DNA from: Armatimonadota bacterium
Lineage (GTDB): Bacteria; Armatimonadota; UBA5829; DTLH01
NCBI GenBank assembly: GCA_039679675.1
Contig: JBDKUN010000050.1
Location: 32,001-96,000 of the forward strand
DNA length: 64,000 nt
Reading direction: 5' to 3'
Of this stretch, positions 1 through 10,599 are shown piece by piece. The notes under the pieces are model-generated. The model saw nothing but the letters and a program-made list of their open reading frames with translations, was not told the origin of the DNA and did no database searches. Made by a program: the position numbers and the translations under genes. Within the stretch, counting starts at the first letter, position 1, and each line of letters opens with the position of its first letter.

Positions 1-653
1 GCGCTCGGACCCTGCATGAGCTTGGCATTCCTACCATAGGAGTCCCGGCATCCATAGACAATGACATCGCCTTCACTGAGATGGCAATAGGTGTAGATAC
101 AGCACTTAACACTATCCTCGACGCGGTGGACAAGATCAAAGATACCGCAAGCGCGCACCAGCGGGCGTTCATTATAGAGGTCATGGGGCGCAGGCACGGC
201 TATCTGGCGCTCATGTCCGGTGTTGCGGGGGGAGCTGAGCTTATTATCCTGCCGAACACGGAGATAGACCCGGTATACATAAGCAGGGAAGTCAAAACGG
301 CAGCCCTCAGAGGAAAGCCCCATTTCATCATCATCGTTGCCGAAGGGGCGGAGATGGAAGGAGAAGAGAGAGTAACAGCCAAGATCGCACATGTAGTACA
401 AGATGCGGGATTCGATCCGAGGGTCACTGTACTTGGACACGTGCAGCGCGGCGGTTCTCCGACAGCATTCGATAGATTGCTCGGCACTCGCTTCGGAGCC
501 AGAGCTGTAGAAAATCTGCTGGCAGGCGAGTCCGGCACCATGGCATGCCTTCATGCCGATCATATAATAACCAAGCCGCTTGAGGAAGTCCTCTCGACTC
601 CGGTTCAATTAAGAGAAGATATTTTAGCCCTGGTGCAGCCATTGGCCAGATAA
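1..653 (+). CDS. pfkA: 6-phosphofructokinase (5' end outside window)
   Basis: Frame is open from base 3 and reads GVPASIDNDI. Also has IEVMGR and LGHVQRGG PFK motifs. Confidence 0.95.
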   Translation, partial: ARTLHELGIPTIGVPASIDNDIAFTEMAIGVDTALNTILDAVDKIKDTASAHQRAFIIEVMGRRHGYLALMSGVAGGAELIILPNTEIDPVYISREVKTAALRGKPHFIIIVAEGAEMEGEERVTAKIAHVVQDAGFDPRVTVLGHVQRGGSPTAFDRLLGTRFGARAVENLLAGESGTMACLHADHIITKPLEEVLSTPVQLREDILALVQPLAR

Positions 654-683
654 ATTCGAACAGGGGAGAAGAATTTAGAAGCT

Positions 684-1982
684 ATGCCTTACTTTGGTGA
701 CTTAGCAGGAAAAACCGAACAACTGCAGCTCTGGCTGGACCTTGCGCATGAGCATGGCGCTGACACAAGCGCCATCGAGTCCGAGATACGCGAAACTATC
801 AACAAGCTGATAGAAAAATCGCGGGGTCTTCCGCCGCAGCCAGCGTATCCATACGAAGAACCCGACGATCTTGAAACGATCAAAGCACTCAGGCCGAATG
901 GACCGAGGCGGCTGGAGCTCAATCTGACGGACGATGAGCTCAAAGACAGGATTCTTGGCGCATGGCTGAGCCGCGCGGCTGGATGCACCCTCGGCGTGCC
1001 GGTCGAAGGGCAGAACCGCGCGTTCATAGAAGCGTGGGCGAACAAACTCGGCCAGCCTTATCCACTCGCAGAGTACTGGAACGACCATCCCGGTATTCAG
1101 CATCCACATTATTCCGAGCTGATAAGAAACTACATCAAGGGGAACATCGATCACGTCGGCCCGGATGATGACATAGTGTATACCGTTGCCGGTCTGCTGA
1201 TCCTGGAAAAGTACGGGCCCGATTTCACCACAGAGGATGTCGGGCGAGCCTGGGTAGAATACCTTCCGACTGCCTGCACCTGTACTGCGGAACTCGTGGC
1301 GCTGAAAAACCTGATAAAAGGCCTCACGCCTCCCGAAACAGCGCTTACGGACAACCCTTACGCCGAATGGATCGGCGCAGACATCCGAAGCGACCCCTGG
1401 GCATATGCCGCGCCTGGCATGCCGGAACTCGCAGCCGAGTTTGGATGGCGCGACGCCCGCGTGAGCCACATCCGAAACGGAATTTACGGCGAGATGTTCT
1501 TCTCTGCGGCAATTTCAGCGGCTTTTGCAGTAAAATCACCCCGTGAAGCGCTGCTCGTCGGGCTGACTGAGATACCTGCGAAGTGCAGAATGGCGGAAAC
1601 GGTTACAGAGACGATCGATTGGGTTGATAAAGACCGCGATTGGGACCGAACATGGCATCGAATCGAAGAGAAGTACAAAGGGATGCACCCTGTTCACACG
1701 CTGAACAACGCCGCGATCACTATTTCAGCCCTGCTCTACTCCGAAGGAGACTTCGAGCGGGCAATATCTCTTGCGGTAATGGGTGGAATGGACACTGACT
1801 GCAACGGAGCTACAACCGGGTCGCTTATGGGCGCCATGCTCGGCGCAAAAAACCTGCCTAATAAGTGGACGGAGCCTTTCGGCGACCGCCTGACCACTTA
1901 CATCCATGGGCAGCCTGAGTTCAGTATCTCCGACCTGGTGAATAGAACATTCAATGTGGCAAAGCGCGTAATAGGGCGCTGA
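684..1982 (+). CDS. ADP-ribosylglycohydrolase family protein
   Basis: GCTLGVPVEG, PDDDIVYT, GADIRSD and GMDTDCNGAT metal-binding motifs. Confidence 0.9.
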   Translation: MPYFGDLAGKTEQLQLWLDLAHEHGADTSAIESEIRETINKLIEKSRGLPPQPAYPYEEPDDLETIKALRPNGPRRLELNLTDDELKDRILGAWLSRAAGCTLGVPVEGQNRAFIEAWANKLGQPYPLAEYWNDHPGIQHPHYSELIRNYIKGNIDHVGPDDDIVYTVAGLLILEKYGPDFTTEDVGRAWVEYLPTACTCTAELVALKNLIKGLTPPETALTDNPYAEWIGADIRSDPWAYAAPGMPELAAEFGWRDARVSHIRNGIYGEMFFSAAISAAFAVKSPREALLVGLTEIPAKCRMAETVTETIDWVDKDRDWDRTWHRIEEKYKGMHPVHTLNNAAITISALLYSEGDFERAISLAVMGGMDTDCNGATTGSLMGAMLGAKNLPNKWTEPFGDRLTTYIHGQPEFSISDLVNRTFNVAKRVIGR

Positions 1983-2025
1983 TATTGTTAGTTCTAAGGG
2001 CCTTGGATGCAAATCCGAGGCTCTT

Positions 2026-4467
2026 TTATTCTCCTTCCCGCTCTACGACCACTACGGCTGCATCATCACGCAGTTTTCCTCTGGACCAATTGGTAGCGCT
2101 ATCGACAAGCGCCCGTGCGAGTTCATCCGCATGGAGAGCGGAATTTTCGGATAAAATCTGCTGTATACCCTCGAACCCAAGCATCTCGACATCCTGGCGC
2201 GCCTCGTTGATTCCATCCGTATAGAGCACCAGTTTATCCCCAGGGCCCATATGACTGCTGTACTCGTTGTATTCCTGGCCCTTGAGCAGAGAAAGCGGCA
2301 ACTGCCCGGACTTAAGCATCTCAACTGAACCATCCGCCCGGCAGATGACAGCAGGAGGATGTCCGGCGCTTGAATAAGTGATCTCACCGCTGTTCAGGTC
2401 GATTATCGCCAGAAAAACGGTCACAAACGGGCTGAAATCCGACTGTCTGAGCACAAGAACGGAGTTCGCCTTTTCCAGCGATTCTGAAGATGATGTCATC
2501 TCATGCACAAATGCATGCACTGTACTCCGCGTAGTAGCAGCCATCGCTGCCGCCTCAAGTCCCTTGCCGGACACATCACCGATGAGCACCCCAGCCTTGT
2601 CGTCTCCTATCTGAAACACATCGTAGAAATCGCCGCCAATACTGCGCCCAATGTAAACAGGCACATATTCGGCAGCAACACTGTAACCCTCGCCTATATC
2701 CGGGATACCCGGCAGAAGAGCTTCCTGCAGGAGAAGCGAAAAATGCCTTTCGCTTTTCAGTGCGTCTTCGAGATCGTTCCGGCTGCGGGTAAGAGCCTCA
2801 TATAGCCTGATATTATCGATGGCCTGCGCCATTCTGGATGCCATCGCCTCAATCAGTCCCACTTCATCCTCAGTGAACTCTCTCGCTTCCAGCATATCAA
2901 TACGCATCATCCCTACGACCCGGCCACGAGTAATAAGCGGGACAGATATAAGGGACTTCACGCCCTGTTTTTTGATAATTTTATCCTTAATGAGCGGATC
3001 ATTTTTAACGTCGGGTGTATAAACAAGTCTCCGCTCGTTATATACGATACCGGCAACTCCCCTATCTACACTAAGATGGTAACCGGCCAGACCAGGGGCA
3101 CCATGCGAAGCTCTTGCGACAAACTCACGCTTCTCATCGTCGAACATCCATATGCTGCTTGAGTTCACATTGAGGATTTCTGCCATCCTGAGAACGAGTA
3201 TATTTAAAAGCTCCTGCAGGTCTGTTGTAGCAATGCCAGCTTCCGCTATACCCTCAAGAGCACTGACGCGTTCGCCTTCATGTCTGGCCTCATTAAGTGC
3301 CCGCTCCAACTCCCGGCGGAGAGCTATCATTTCGCTTATGTCCTGAACAACGGTCACTGCACCGATAACTTCACCGTTTGCATCCACTATCGGGGCTGCA
3401 GAATTAATTATGGTCGATTTTTTACCGTCAAACCGTTCGATTGTGATAATTTTCCCAACAGTAGTCTTGCCTTTAAGTGCTGCAGCCATAGGCCACTCTT
3501 GAGAGGAAACATGTTCACCCGTTTCGGCCCACCAAGCCGGATAATTGCCATACTCGTATACATTGTTTGCCAGGGGGAGTTGACCTCCCCAGATTACAGA
3601 CACCTGATCGTTGACCTGAAAAACCCTTCCATTTTTGTCGGCGATAAACACACCGACAGGCAGCGCATCGAGTACAGCCTGCAAGCGCCGCCTTTCGGCA
3701 TCCAATGCCTCTTCAACCTGTTTTCGCTGGGTAATATCGGTAATCGCCATCAGCATCGATCTTCGGCCATGAAGTGAGATTATATCTCCTGAAAGAAGCC
3801 CGATGAGCGGCTGTCCCGATCTGGTACGAAGCTTAACCTCATAGTTTCGAACATTTCCCTGCTGCTCCAACTCCTGCACCAGCTCCGCACGATTGGACAG
3901 ATCGTACCACATTTCTATATCCATGGATGTTTTTCCGATAAGCTCATCACGAGGGTAGCCTATCAGACGTTCGAATGTCTCATTGATATCAGCAAATTGC
4001 CCGGTCTCCAGATCGCTGATACTTATCATAACGGGAGCTGATCTAAACACCTTGGTAAATATCTCCTCTGTAAACTTTTGTCTGCGGCGAAATTCCGACT
4101 CGCGCAGCTCGCGCTCGACGGCTGGAGCAAGTCTTACAAGGTTATCTTTCAGAACATAGTCCTGCGCCCCGGCTCTCATAGCATCGACCGCCGTATCCTC
4201 GGTTATCCGCCCGGAGATAATGATGAACGGAATGTCCGGGTCACGAGCGCGGACAAGTTTCAATGCATCCAACCCGCTGAAATTTGGAAGCATGTAGTCG
4301 GATATGATTATGTCCCACCCCTTGGTTTCGAACGCGGCTGCCATCTCCTCACGGGTCTCTACCCGCTGCCAGAGGGGATCGTAACCGCTGCTTCGAAGCG
4401 AATCAATGACGAGCAGCGCGTCATCTTCCGAGTCTTCTACAATCATGATCCGAAGTGGAGTGCTCAT
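2026..4467 (-). CDS. Response regulator REC-PAS-PAS-GAF-PP2C (SpoIIE/RsbU-type phosphatase)
   Basis: N-terminal VEDSEDD receiver; GGDFYD, GDVSGKG, YTDG and DDAAVV PP2C motifs. ATG at 4467 overlaps the upstream stop. Confidence 0.9.
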   Translation of the reverse strand: MSTPLRIMIVEDSEDDALLVIDSLRSSGYDPLWQRVETREEMAAAFETKGWDIIISDYMLPNFSGLDALKLVRARDPDIPFIIISGRITEDTAVDAMRAGAQDYVLKDNLVRLAPAVERELRESEFRRRQKFTEEIFTKVFRSAPVMISISDLETGQFADINETFERLIGYPRDELIGKTSMDIEMWYDLSNRAELVQELEQQGNVRNYEVKLRTRSGQPLIGLLSGDIISLHGRRSMLMAITDITQRKQVEEALDAERRRLQAVLDALPVGVFIADKNGRVFQVNDQVSVIWGGQLPLANNVYEYGNYPAWWAETGEHVSSQEWPMAAALKGKTTVGKIITIERFDGKKSTIINSAAPIVDANGEVIGAVTVVQDISEMIALRRELERALNEARHEGERVSALEGIAEAGIATTDLQELLNILVLRMAEILNVNSSSIWMFDDEKREFVARASHGAPGLAGYHLSVDRGVAGIVYNERRLVYTPDVKNDPLIKDKIIKKQGVKSLISVPLITRGRVVGMMRIDMLEAREFTEDEVGLIEAMASRMAQAIDNIRLYEALTRSRNDLEDALKSERHFSLLLQEALLPGIPDIGEGYSVAAEYVPVYIGRSIGGDFYDVFQIGDDKAGVLIGDVSGKGLEAAAMAATTRSTVHAFVHEMTSSSESLEKANSVLVLRQSDFSPFVTVFLAIIDLNSGEITYSSAGHPPAVICRADGSVEMLKSGQLPLSLLKGQEYNEYSSHMGPGDKLVLYTDGINEARQDVEMLGFEGIQQILSENSALHADELARALVDSATNWSRGKLRDDAAVVVVEREGE

Positions 4468-4913
4468 GCACACGACCGCCTCTCCGGAAGTGGTTCATTT
4501 AAAACAAGCCAGAATAGCCCAAGTGTCTTCGCTGCCTGTACAAACTCGTCGTAGTCCACAGGTTTGCGCACATAGGCGTTAGCGCCCAGACTGTAGCTTT
4601 TTATAATATCTTCCTCTTCTTTTGATGAGGTAAGGATAATTACCGGAACACAGCTTGTCTCTGGATTAGCCCGGACGGCCTTCAGCACATCGAGCCCGCC
4701 TATCTTTGGCAGCTTCAGGTCCAAAAGCACCACTGCTGGCAGTTTGTGATCGTAGCCTTCATACTTACCCCGCTTGAAAATATAATCGAGGGCTTCCTCT
4801 CCATCATTAGCTACAACTAACCTGTCGCTCAGGCCGCTTTCCCTAAAGGCAAGCAGTGTAAGCTCCACATCATCCGGGTTATCTTCAACCAAGAGTATTC
4901 CGTTATCTTTCAT
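4464..4913 (-). CDS. Single-domain response regulator (Rcp1-like)
   Basis: LLVEDNPDD, LLDLKLPK and SYSLGANAYVRKP. Confidence 0.92.
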   Translation of the reverse strand: MKDNGILLVEDNPDDVELTLLAFRESGLSDRLVVANDGEEALDYIFKRGKYEGYDHKLPAVVLLDLKLPKIGGLDVLKAVRANPETSCVPVIILTSSKEEEDIIKSYSLGANAYVRKPVDYDEFVQAAKTLGLFWLVLNEPLPERRSCA

Positions 4914-6484
4914 TTGGCGGCCTCCCCAAGAGTAAAGTAGAACGTAGCGCCCTGGTCTACCGCGCCTTCTGCCCAGATGCGTCCTCCATGCCTGCGTATT
5001 ATGCGTTGAACGAGAGCTAACCCTATGCCAGTCCCCGGAAACTCACTTTCTGTATGCAGACGCTGGAATGGTGAGAACAGTTTGTCTTTGTATTCCGCAT
5101 TGAAACCCGCGCCGTTATCCCGGATGTAATATACCCGCTCCGCATCCTGCTCAACTACTCCGACATCGATTCGAGCAATATTACGTTTACTCGTAAACTT
5201 CCATGCATTTCCAAGAAGATTATCGAGTACAATTCGAAGCAGATGGGCATCGGCACTCACAATAATACCCTCCGCAACGGTAATTTCTGCTTTGCGCTCC
5301 GGGCTCGACTGCATGAATTCTTCAAGAATTTCCTGTGCCATGGCACTCATGTTGATCTGCTGCAAGTGCATCTCGGCGCGTGTAGCACGCGACAGACCGA
5401 GGATGTCATCAATCAGTTGCCCCATACGTTGCGCCGCGTTCCGCACACGCTGGAGATAGTCCTGGCCTTTTTCATCAAGAGATTCTTTATAATCCTTGAG
5501 CAGTGTGCTGCTGAAGCCATCTATTGCTCTAAGAGGCGCGCGAAGATCATGAGAAACGGAGTAGCTGAAAGATTCGAGTTCCTTATTTGCAGCCGCAAGC
5601 TCCGACGTCCGGGCCGCTACCCTCTGTTCGAGTTCGGCGTTCAGAGCTTTAATCTCCATATCGGCTCGCTTTCGCGCAGTGATGTCACGGACGTTAGCCA
5701 TAATGGTATCCCGGCCGGATACCCTGAGCTTGCGCAGATACACTTCCACATCGAACTCATAACCATCATGCAGACGTTTGGCTTTCCACTCGAAAAACGG
5801 TTTATCCCCTTCCAATACTTTATCCCAGACCGGCCGAAGCCAGTCTATCGGAGCGCTGGCAGCGGATATATCGGCTATAGTCAGACTCTTGATCTCATCC
5901 GGGCTGATTCCATACAGCTCAAGCGCCCGTGCATTTACATCAATAATGAAGCCATCGACGGAGTGCAGCAGAATTCCATCATAAACACTGTTAAAAATGG
6001 TGCGGAGCGCCGTTTCCGATTCCCGCAATTCGGCTTCAGTGCGTTTTTTTTCACGGATTTCGGCTTCCAACTGCTCGGATCGCTCCGCAACGCGGATTTT
6101 GGAATCGTGCAGGCTGGACATGGCGATTGTAGCTATCAGACTGGTGATTATGAAGACAATATACTCTACCCATATACCTTTAGCATATATGGTAGTAATT
6201 CCAGGGAAGATGAGAGGAGTGTAGATTGCTATAAAGCTGAACATCCCCAGAAGAAACGCCAAAGCACCGGGGCCTCTGCCGTAAAAATATGCAACCGCGC
6301 CCGCCAGGAGAATATACGGCGATCTGAACGACACAATCGGGGCAAATGGCTTTATCAAAAGCCCCAACACAGTGAGTAATACGACCAGCGCGGCCGCAAT
6401 TATATAACCGATTACCCAACGGCTGGCAGATGCTGTATTGTTATCTGATCCGACTGCGCGAAAAATTGGAGACTGTTCGTCCAT
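4910..6484 (-). CDS. Membrane PAS sensor histidine kinase
   Basis: N-terminal TM helices (DUF4118-like), PAS, H-box SVSHDLRAP, N-box NAWKF, G-boxes DNGAG and GTGIGL. Confidence 0.92.
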   Translation of the reverse strand: MDEQSPIFRAVGSDNNTASASRWVIGYIIAAALVVLLTVLGLLIKPFAPIVSFRSPYILLAGAVAYFYGRGPGALAFLLGMFSFIAIYTPLIFPGITTIYAKGIWVEYIVFIITSLIATIAMSSLHDSKIRVAERSEQLEAEIREKKRTEAELRESETALRTIFNSVYDGILLHSVDGFIIDVNARALELYGISPDEIKSLTIADISAASAPIDWLRPVWDKVLEGDKPFFEWKAKRLHDGYEFDVEVYLRKLRVSGRDTIMANVRDITARKRADMEIKALNAELEQRVAARTSELAAANKELESFSYSVSHDLRAPLRAIDGFSSTLLKDYKESLDEKGQDYLQRVRNAAQRMGQLIDDILGLSRATRAEMHLQQINMSAMAQEILEEFMQSSPERKAEITVAEGIIVSADAHLLRIVLDNLLGNAWKFTSKRNIARIDVGVVEQDAERVYYIRDNGAGFNAEYKDKLFSPFQRLHTESEFPGTGIGLALVQRIIRRHGGRIWAEGAVDQGATFYFTLGEAAK

Positions 6485-6541
6485 TTATTCCATCCGGGCA
6501 CACTAATCATAGTGCCGCTGTTAGTATGCCCGTAAGATGGA

Positions 6542-8665
6542 TTACTTCAACATAGTATGACCATTTTTATCATTAAGCAGCCGCCGGACGGTTTCAAGCA
6601 GCACTTCCGGTTTATACGGTTTCTGCAGGAAGTCATTGGGGCGCTCGTTCTCGGGCAGCGTATCGATGCCGGTGTCGATTCCAGCCGTGATAAGCACTTT
6701 CATTGACGGTAGAATCTGCCGGATGGCCGAAATGGCCCTAAGCCCATTCATTCCGGGCATATTGAGGTCCAGGAGAACGATTTCCACATCTTTGCCACGC
6801 GGAGAACCAAGACAATCGAGCGCATCCTGCCCGTTTCCGGCGGTCAGTACTTTATACCCGTTGTGCTCCAACACTCGCTTGGTAAGCCGCTGGATGTAAT
6901 CCTCATCTTCGACCAGTAGGACTGTCTCATTACCCGTAACATCGCTTACCACCCCTGCGGCAGGCGAAGAAGCTTCTGGCATGGTTGTCACCGGAAGATA
7001 GACGCTTACACTGGTCCCTTTGCCCAGTTTGCTTTCTATATTGATCAGTCCGTTATGCGTTCTGATAATCCCGTAGCAGACGGAAAGCCCAAGCCCGGAA
7101 CCTGTGCTCTTTGTAGTAAAAAACGGCTCAAAGGCAGCTCTTATTGTTTTCTCGTTCATTCCACAGCCGGTATCAGAGACTGTAAAACGGGTAAACATCC
7201 CGGTACGCGCCCAAGGATTGGATTTCACGAACTCCTCTGTTAACGAAACTGGGTCTACATTAACCATCAGCCTTCCGCCATCAGGCATTGCAGCCTCGGC
7301 ATTCAGGCAAAGGTTCATCAACACCTGATGGATTTGAGAACTGTCCGCGAGTACAGGCAGACATTCAGCGGATGCTTCACACACGGTTTTGATCGTTCTC
7401 GGCAGAGTCTTGCACAGGAGCCCGGCAACTTCCTGTACCAAAACGAGAACGTCCACCGGTTCCATACGCTTCGGAACCTGCTGCGAAAACGCGCGAATCT
7501 GCTGGACAAGATCAGCGGCGCGCTGCGAAGCACGTTCTACCTCTACCAAATCGCTCCTGGTTTTCATGTCCAGTTGGCTCGTATCGAGGATGACATGAGT
7601 GTAGCCCAAGATTGCCTGCAGTAGATTGTTGAAGTCATGAGCAATTCCTGCCGCAAGCATCCCGACAGTCTCCATTTTGCGGGTCTGCTGCAGTCTTTCC
7701 TCATACAACTTTCTCTCTGTGATGTCACGCTGAATCACGACCACATACTCAATGCATCCTGATTCTTTTTCTACGGGCGTGACTGTGGCATCGCTTATAT
7801 AAGTAGTCCCGTCTTTCCGCCTGCGTGGAATCTCTCCCTGCCAAGTGTCACCATTATGTACCGTATCCCATATCTTCTTATAGAAATCGCGGTCATGGCC
7901 TTCATGCCTGAGGATACTAACACTTTGATCGATGGCTTCCTCGAACGTATAGCCATTGTCCTTTGTAAACGCAGGGTTAACGAACTTAATCTTGCAGAAG
8001 TAATCCGTAATTATAATCTGGTCGCTCGCTGCGTTGATTGCTGATACCTGCATCCGAAGTTCATCCCTGGTGCAGTACATTGCTTCTATCATTTTGCTTC
8101 GCTCAAAATAAGCCGCCAGGCAATCCGCAGCAGTGCGAAGCAGGTATTCATCATATTTGGACCAGGTTCTGGGGCTGGTTGTATCATCGAATCCGAGGCA
8201 GCCGATCAATTTACCCTGTGAGCGCATAGGTACAACGAGCAGGGCTTTTACATTATGCTTCATCAACACCTCTTGCTCAATAGTTGCCTCTGGTGGCATT
8301 TGTGCTGTATCCTGAACGGCTATAACCTTATCGGAAAAGATCTGATCAACCCACCACGGAGCATCTTCTACGGGACAGCCTTGAATATTATGGACTTCAG
8401 ACACAATACCGGGGGTGTACCATTCATAGGTATTATCTGCAGTTTTTGCTCCGTCTCTGAGTTGAAAGACACATACACGATCGGCTCGGACAGCCGTCCC
8501 GAGTATACCTAGAACGGAATTGATGTCTACATTATCACCGGCAATCAGCATGCTTGATACATGTGCAACAGCCTCTTGTATCCTTTGCTGCCTCAGCAGA
8601 CGTTTTCTGTTACACCGCTCAGAAAAATTATGTTTGCATAACCCGCTAAAACGATCATTAAGCAA
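6542..8665 (-). CDS. Hybrid histidine kinase GAF-PAS-HisKA-HATPase-REC
   Basis: GIAHDFNN, EPFFTTK and GSGLGL motifs plus a C-terminal receiver. Start codon uncertain. Confidence 0.9.
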   Translation of the reverse strand: MLNDRFSGLCKHNFSERCNRKRLLRQQRIQEAVAHVSSMLIAGDNVDINSVLGILGTAVRADRVCVFQLRDGAKTADNTYEWYTPGIVSEVHNIQGCPVEDAPWWVDQIFSDKVIAVQDTAQMPPEATIEQEVLMKHNVKALLVVPMRSQGKLIGCLGFDDTTSPRTWSKYDEYLLRTAADCLAAYFERSKMIEAMYCTRDELRMQVSAINAASDQIIITDYFCKIKFVNPAFTKDNGYTFEEAIDQSVSILRHEGHDRDFYKKIWDTVHNGDTWQGEIPRRRKDGTTYISDATVTPVEKESGCIEYVVVIQRDITERKLYEERLQQTRKMETVGMLAAGIAHDFNNLLQAILGYTHVILDTSQLDMKTRSDLVEVERASQRAADLVQQIRAFSQQVPKRMEPVDVLVLVQEVAGLLCKTLPRTIKTVCEASAECLPVLADSSQIHQVLMNLCLNAEAAMPDGGRLMVNVDPVSLTEEFVKSNPWARTGMFTRFTVSDTGCGMNEKTIRAAFEPFFTTKSTGSGLGLSVCYGIIRTHNGLINIESKLGKGTSVSVYLPVTTMPEASSPAAGVVSDVTGNETVLLVEDEDYIQRLTKRVLEHNGYKVLTAGNGQDALDCLGSPRGKDVEIVLLDLNMPGMNGLRAISAIRQILPSMKVLITAGIDTGIDTLPENERPNDFLQKPYKPEVLLETVRRLLNDKNGHTMLK

Positions 8666-8770
8666 ATGACTACACCACCTTCACTGCTCTATTATCGGTT
8701 CATATAGTATGACTCAAAATGCAGCTTAAGTGAAGGTGAAATATTCACATGTGCTTAAGATTTTAGCAGC

Positions 8771-9565
8771 TTATTGCAATTTATCCCCACACATTTGAGG
8801 GTTCCAGTATGTGCCTTTGCCGGTTTTGCCGGCATTTGGGCTGGATTTGAAGTTATAGTTGAACCAGGCAGGTTCACCCATACCGCTTTTGGGGAGGGGC
8901 TCAGGCGGGTTTTCGGAAGTTGTATAACCACTGTTTTCTATTCTTTTGGGCGCAACATGGCCGTCGATAAACACGCAGTTGATGGTAACGCCATCTGCCA
9001 GACCTCTATCCTGCTCCACCCAGTGCCAACCATTGTGCTCGTAGAGAATGATCTGGTCAGCAGGAAAGGCAAAATCATCGTATTTACGGGCTTTAAGCTT
9101 ATCATCTCCATACCAGGCTCTGTCTATTGCAGCTTTCCAGTAGTATGCGACTGCTGCAGAGGGATTATTGCTTCTGTTGGGATCGGACGGACACCAGAGG
9201 GTGTCTTCGGGCTTATTCTTGATATACTGATATAGCAGCATCGGCCATGTTGAGCTTTTAGCACCAGGTGGCGGCGGCAGAGTACCTCTTTCCTTGGCGA
9301 AGTGCGTAAAATCGCTTTTATCCCATGTCTTTCTGCCGCCGTAAAGAAAGGAACTGGGCATCATATCATTGTAATCACCCTGATATAACTGTACCGCTAC
9401 TCCAAGCTCTTTCAGGTTGCTTTGGCAAGTGGCTTTACGAAAACCATCGCGATTTTTTGCGAATAATGGAAACATCAAAGGCCCAAAAACAAGTACGATC
9501 GCAACAATGATACCGATACTCCACAGTATCGGAACCAACACATCCCTTTCCTTCATCCAACCCAT
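8771..9565 (-). CDS. DUF1559 / H-X9-DG prepilin-like family protein
   Basis: N-terminal TM helix, FPLFAK...CQSNLKELG, WCPSD and NCVFIDGHV. Confidence 0.8.
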   Translation of the reverse strand: MGWMKERDVLVPILWSIGIIVAIVLVFGPLMFPLFAKNRDGFRKATCQSNLKELGVAVQLYQGDYNDMMPSSFLYGGRKTWDKSDFTHFAKERGTLPPPPGAKSSTWPMLLYQYIKNKPEDTLWCPSDPNRSNNPSAAVAYYWKAAIDRAWYGDDKLKARKYDDFAFPADQIILYEHNGWHWVEQDRGLADGVTINCVFIDGHVAPKRIENSGYTTSENPPEPLPKSGMGEPAWFNYNFKSSPNAGKTGKGTYWNPQMCGDKLQ

Positions 9566-9654
9566 CCCCTCGCATTATTTACATAGTGAGACAGGCGGGC
9601 GTGACGGTTTGTTCCATACCATTTTGAACCGCGGAAACCGGAATGACTAGAGAC

Positions 9655-9695
9655 GCGACAGCACTTTCGAAGAAAGCGCGATAGCTGCCGAAGCG
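9655..9695. repeat. Palindromic intergenic repeat family A
   Basis: 41 bp; inverted copy at 28181-28221 with 1 mismatch. Confidence 0.8.
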
Positions 9696-9710
9696 GGCAA
9701 GTAGGCCCCT

Positions 9711-9756
9711 TTTCGCGTCTCTCGTGCTTCTTCGCGCATTTCGCGATTCAAAAACC
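9711..9756. repeat. Intergenic repeat family B (tttcgcgtc...ttcgcgattcaaaa)
   Basis: Near-identical copies at 55431-55475 and 57602-57646. Confidence 0.85.
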
Positions 9757-9764
9757 TAAGCTGA

Positions 9765-10589
9765 CTAGAGCCCTTCGAACCTGCCTGCCCTTGAAAGGGT
9801 GATATAGTTCATAGAGAAGTCATCGCGGCCAAGCAGAGCTTCAGAAGCAGCGATGAGACCCATCAGGTAGCGGTCCATCGGGTCGATGATCCCCGCGTCA
9901 AGGCCCCGGTCCATTGCAAGCACCGTCATTGCCTGGTTCAGAAGCTTTCGAGCCGGCATTCCGTGGCTCACGTTCGATATTCCGGCTATCGTATGCACGC
10001 CGGGGAACTCAGTCATGATCTTCGAGATGATCTCAAGCATAGACACGCCGACATTGGTCCCTGTACCAATAGGGAAGGTGAGCGGATCGACATAGATGTC
10101 ATCCACCGGCACGCCTGCGTCGGTCAGACGCTTCACGAGGTCGCGGGCAACGGATAGCCGCTTTTCCGGGTCCTGCTGTATGCCTGTGTCGTCCATCGAA
10201 AGCGCGATTATCTTCGTCTTATACTTGAGGACGAACGGAAGGATGTTTTTGAACCTCTCAGTCTCGGCGGTAATCGAGTTGATCATCGGCTGGCCCTTGC
10301 TCATGTCATAGGCAGCAATGGCGCGGTCTATCGCCGCCGGGTTGGGCGAATCAAACGATATCGGCGCATCGACGACTTCCTGAACGGTCTTTACGATCCA
10401 CTCAAGCGCTTCCGGCTCACCGGAAGTCAGCGTGCCGCAGTTTGCGTCCACGTACGTCGCTCCGGCATCCACCTGGTCTTTCGCCAGCTTCTGAATATAG
10501 GCAGTGTCGCGGTTGACCACCGCCGCTTCGATTACAGCCTCACCTTTTATCTTTCGACTCGTATTAATACGCTCTCCAACGATTAACAT
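9765..10589 (-). CDS. acsE: Methyltetrahydrofolate:corrinoid methyltransferase (AcsE-like, pterin-binding)
   Basis: MLIVGERINTSRK start, DSPNP, INSIT, YVDPL, GISNVSHGMP and GLDAGIIDP. Confidence 0.85.
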   Translation of the reverse strand: MLIVGERINTSRKIKGEAVIEAAVVNRDTAYIQKLAKDQVDAGATYVDANCGTLTSGEPEALEWIVKTVQEVVDAPISFDSPNPAAIDRAIAAYDMSKGQPMINSITAETERFKNILPFVLKYKTKIIALSMDDTGIQQDPEKRLSVARDLVKRLTDAGVPVDDIYVDPLTFPIGTGTNVGVSMLEIISKIMTEFPGVHTIAGISNVSHGMPARKLLNQAMTVLAMDRGLDAGIIDPMDRYLMGLIAASEALLGRDDFSMNYITLSRAGRFEGL

Positions 10590-10599
10590 TCGATTCTCC

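Noticed and set aside
5243..6379. Long antisense ORFs (5243-6379, 19938-20873, 23038-23865, 45437-46192, 52762-53724, 55257-56045)
   Set aside because: They are opposite-strand or alternate-frame shadows of well-supported genes and carry no motifs.
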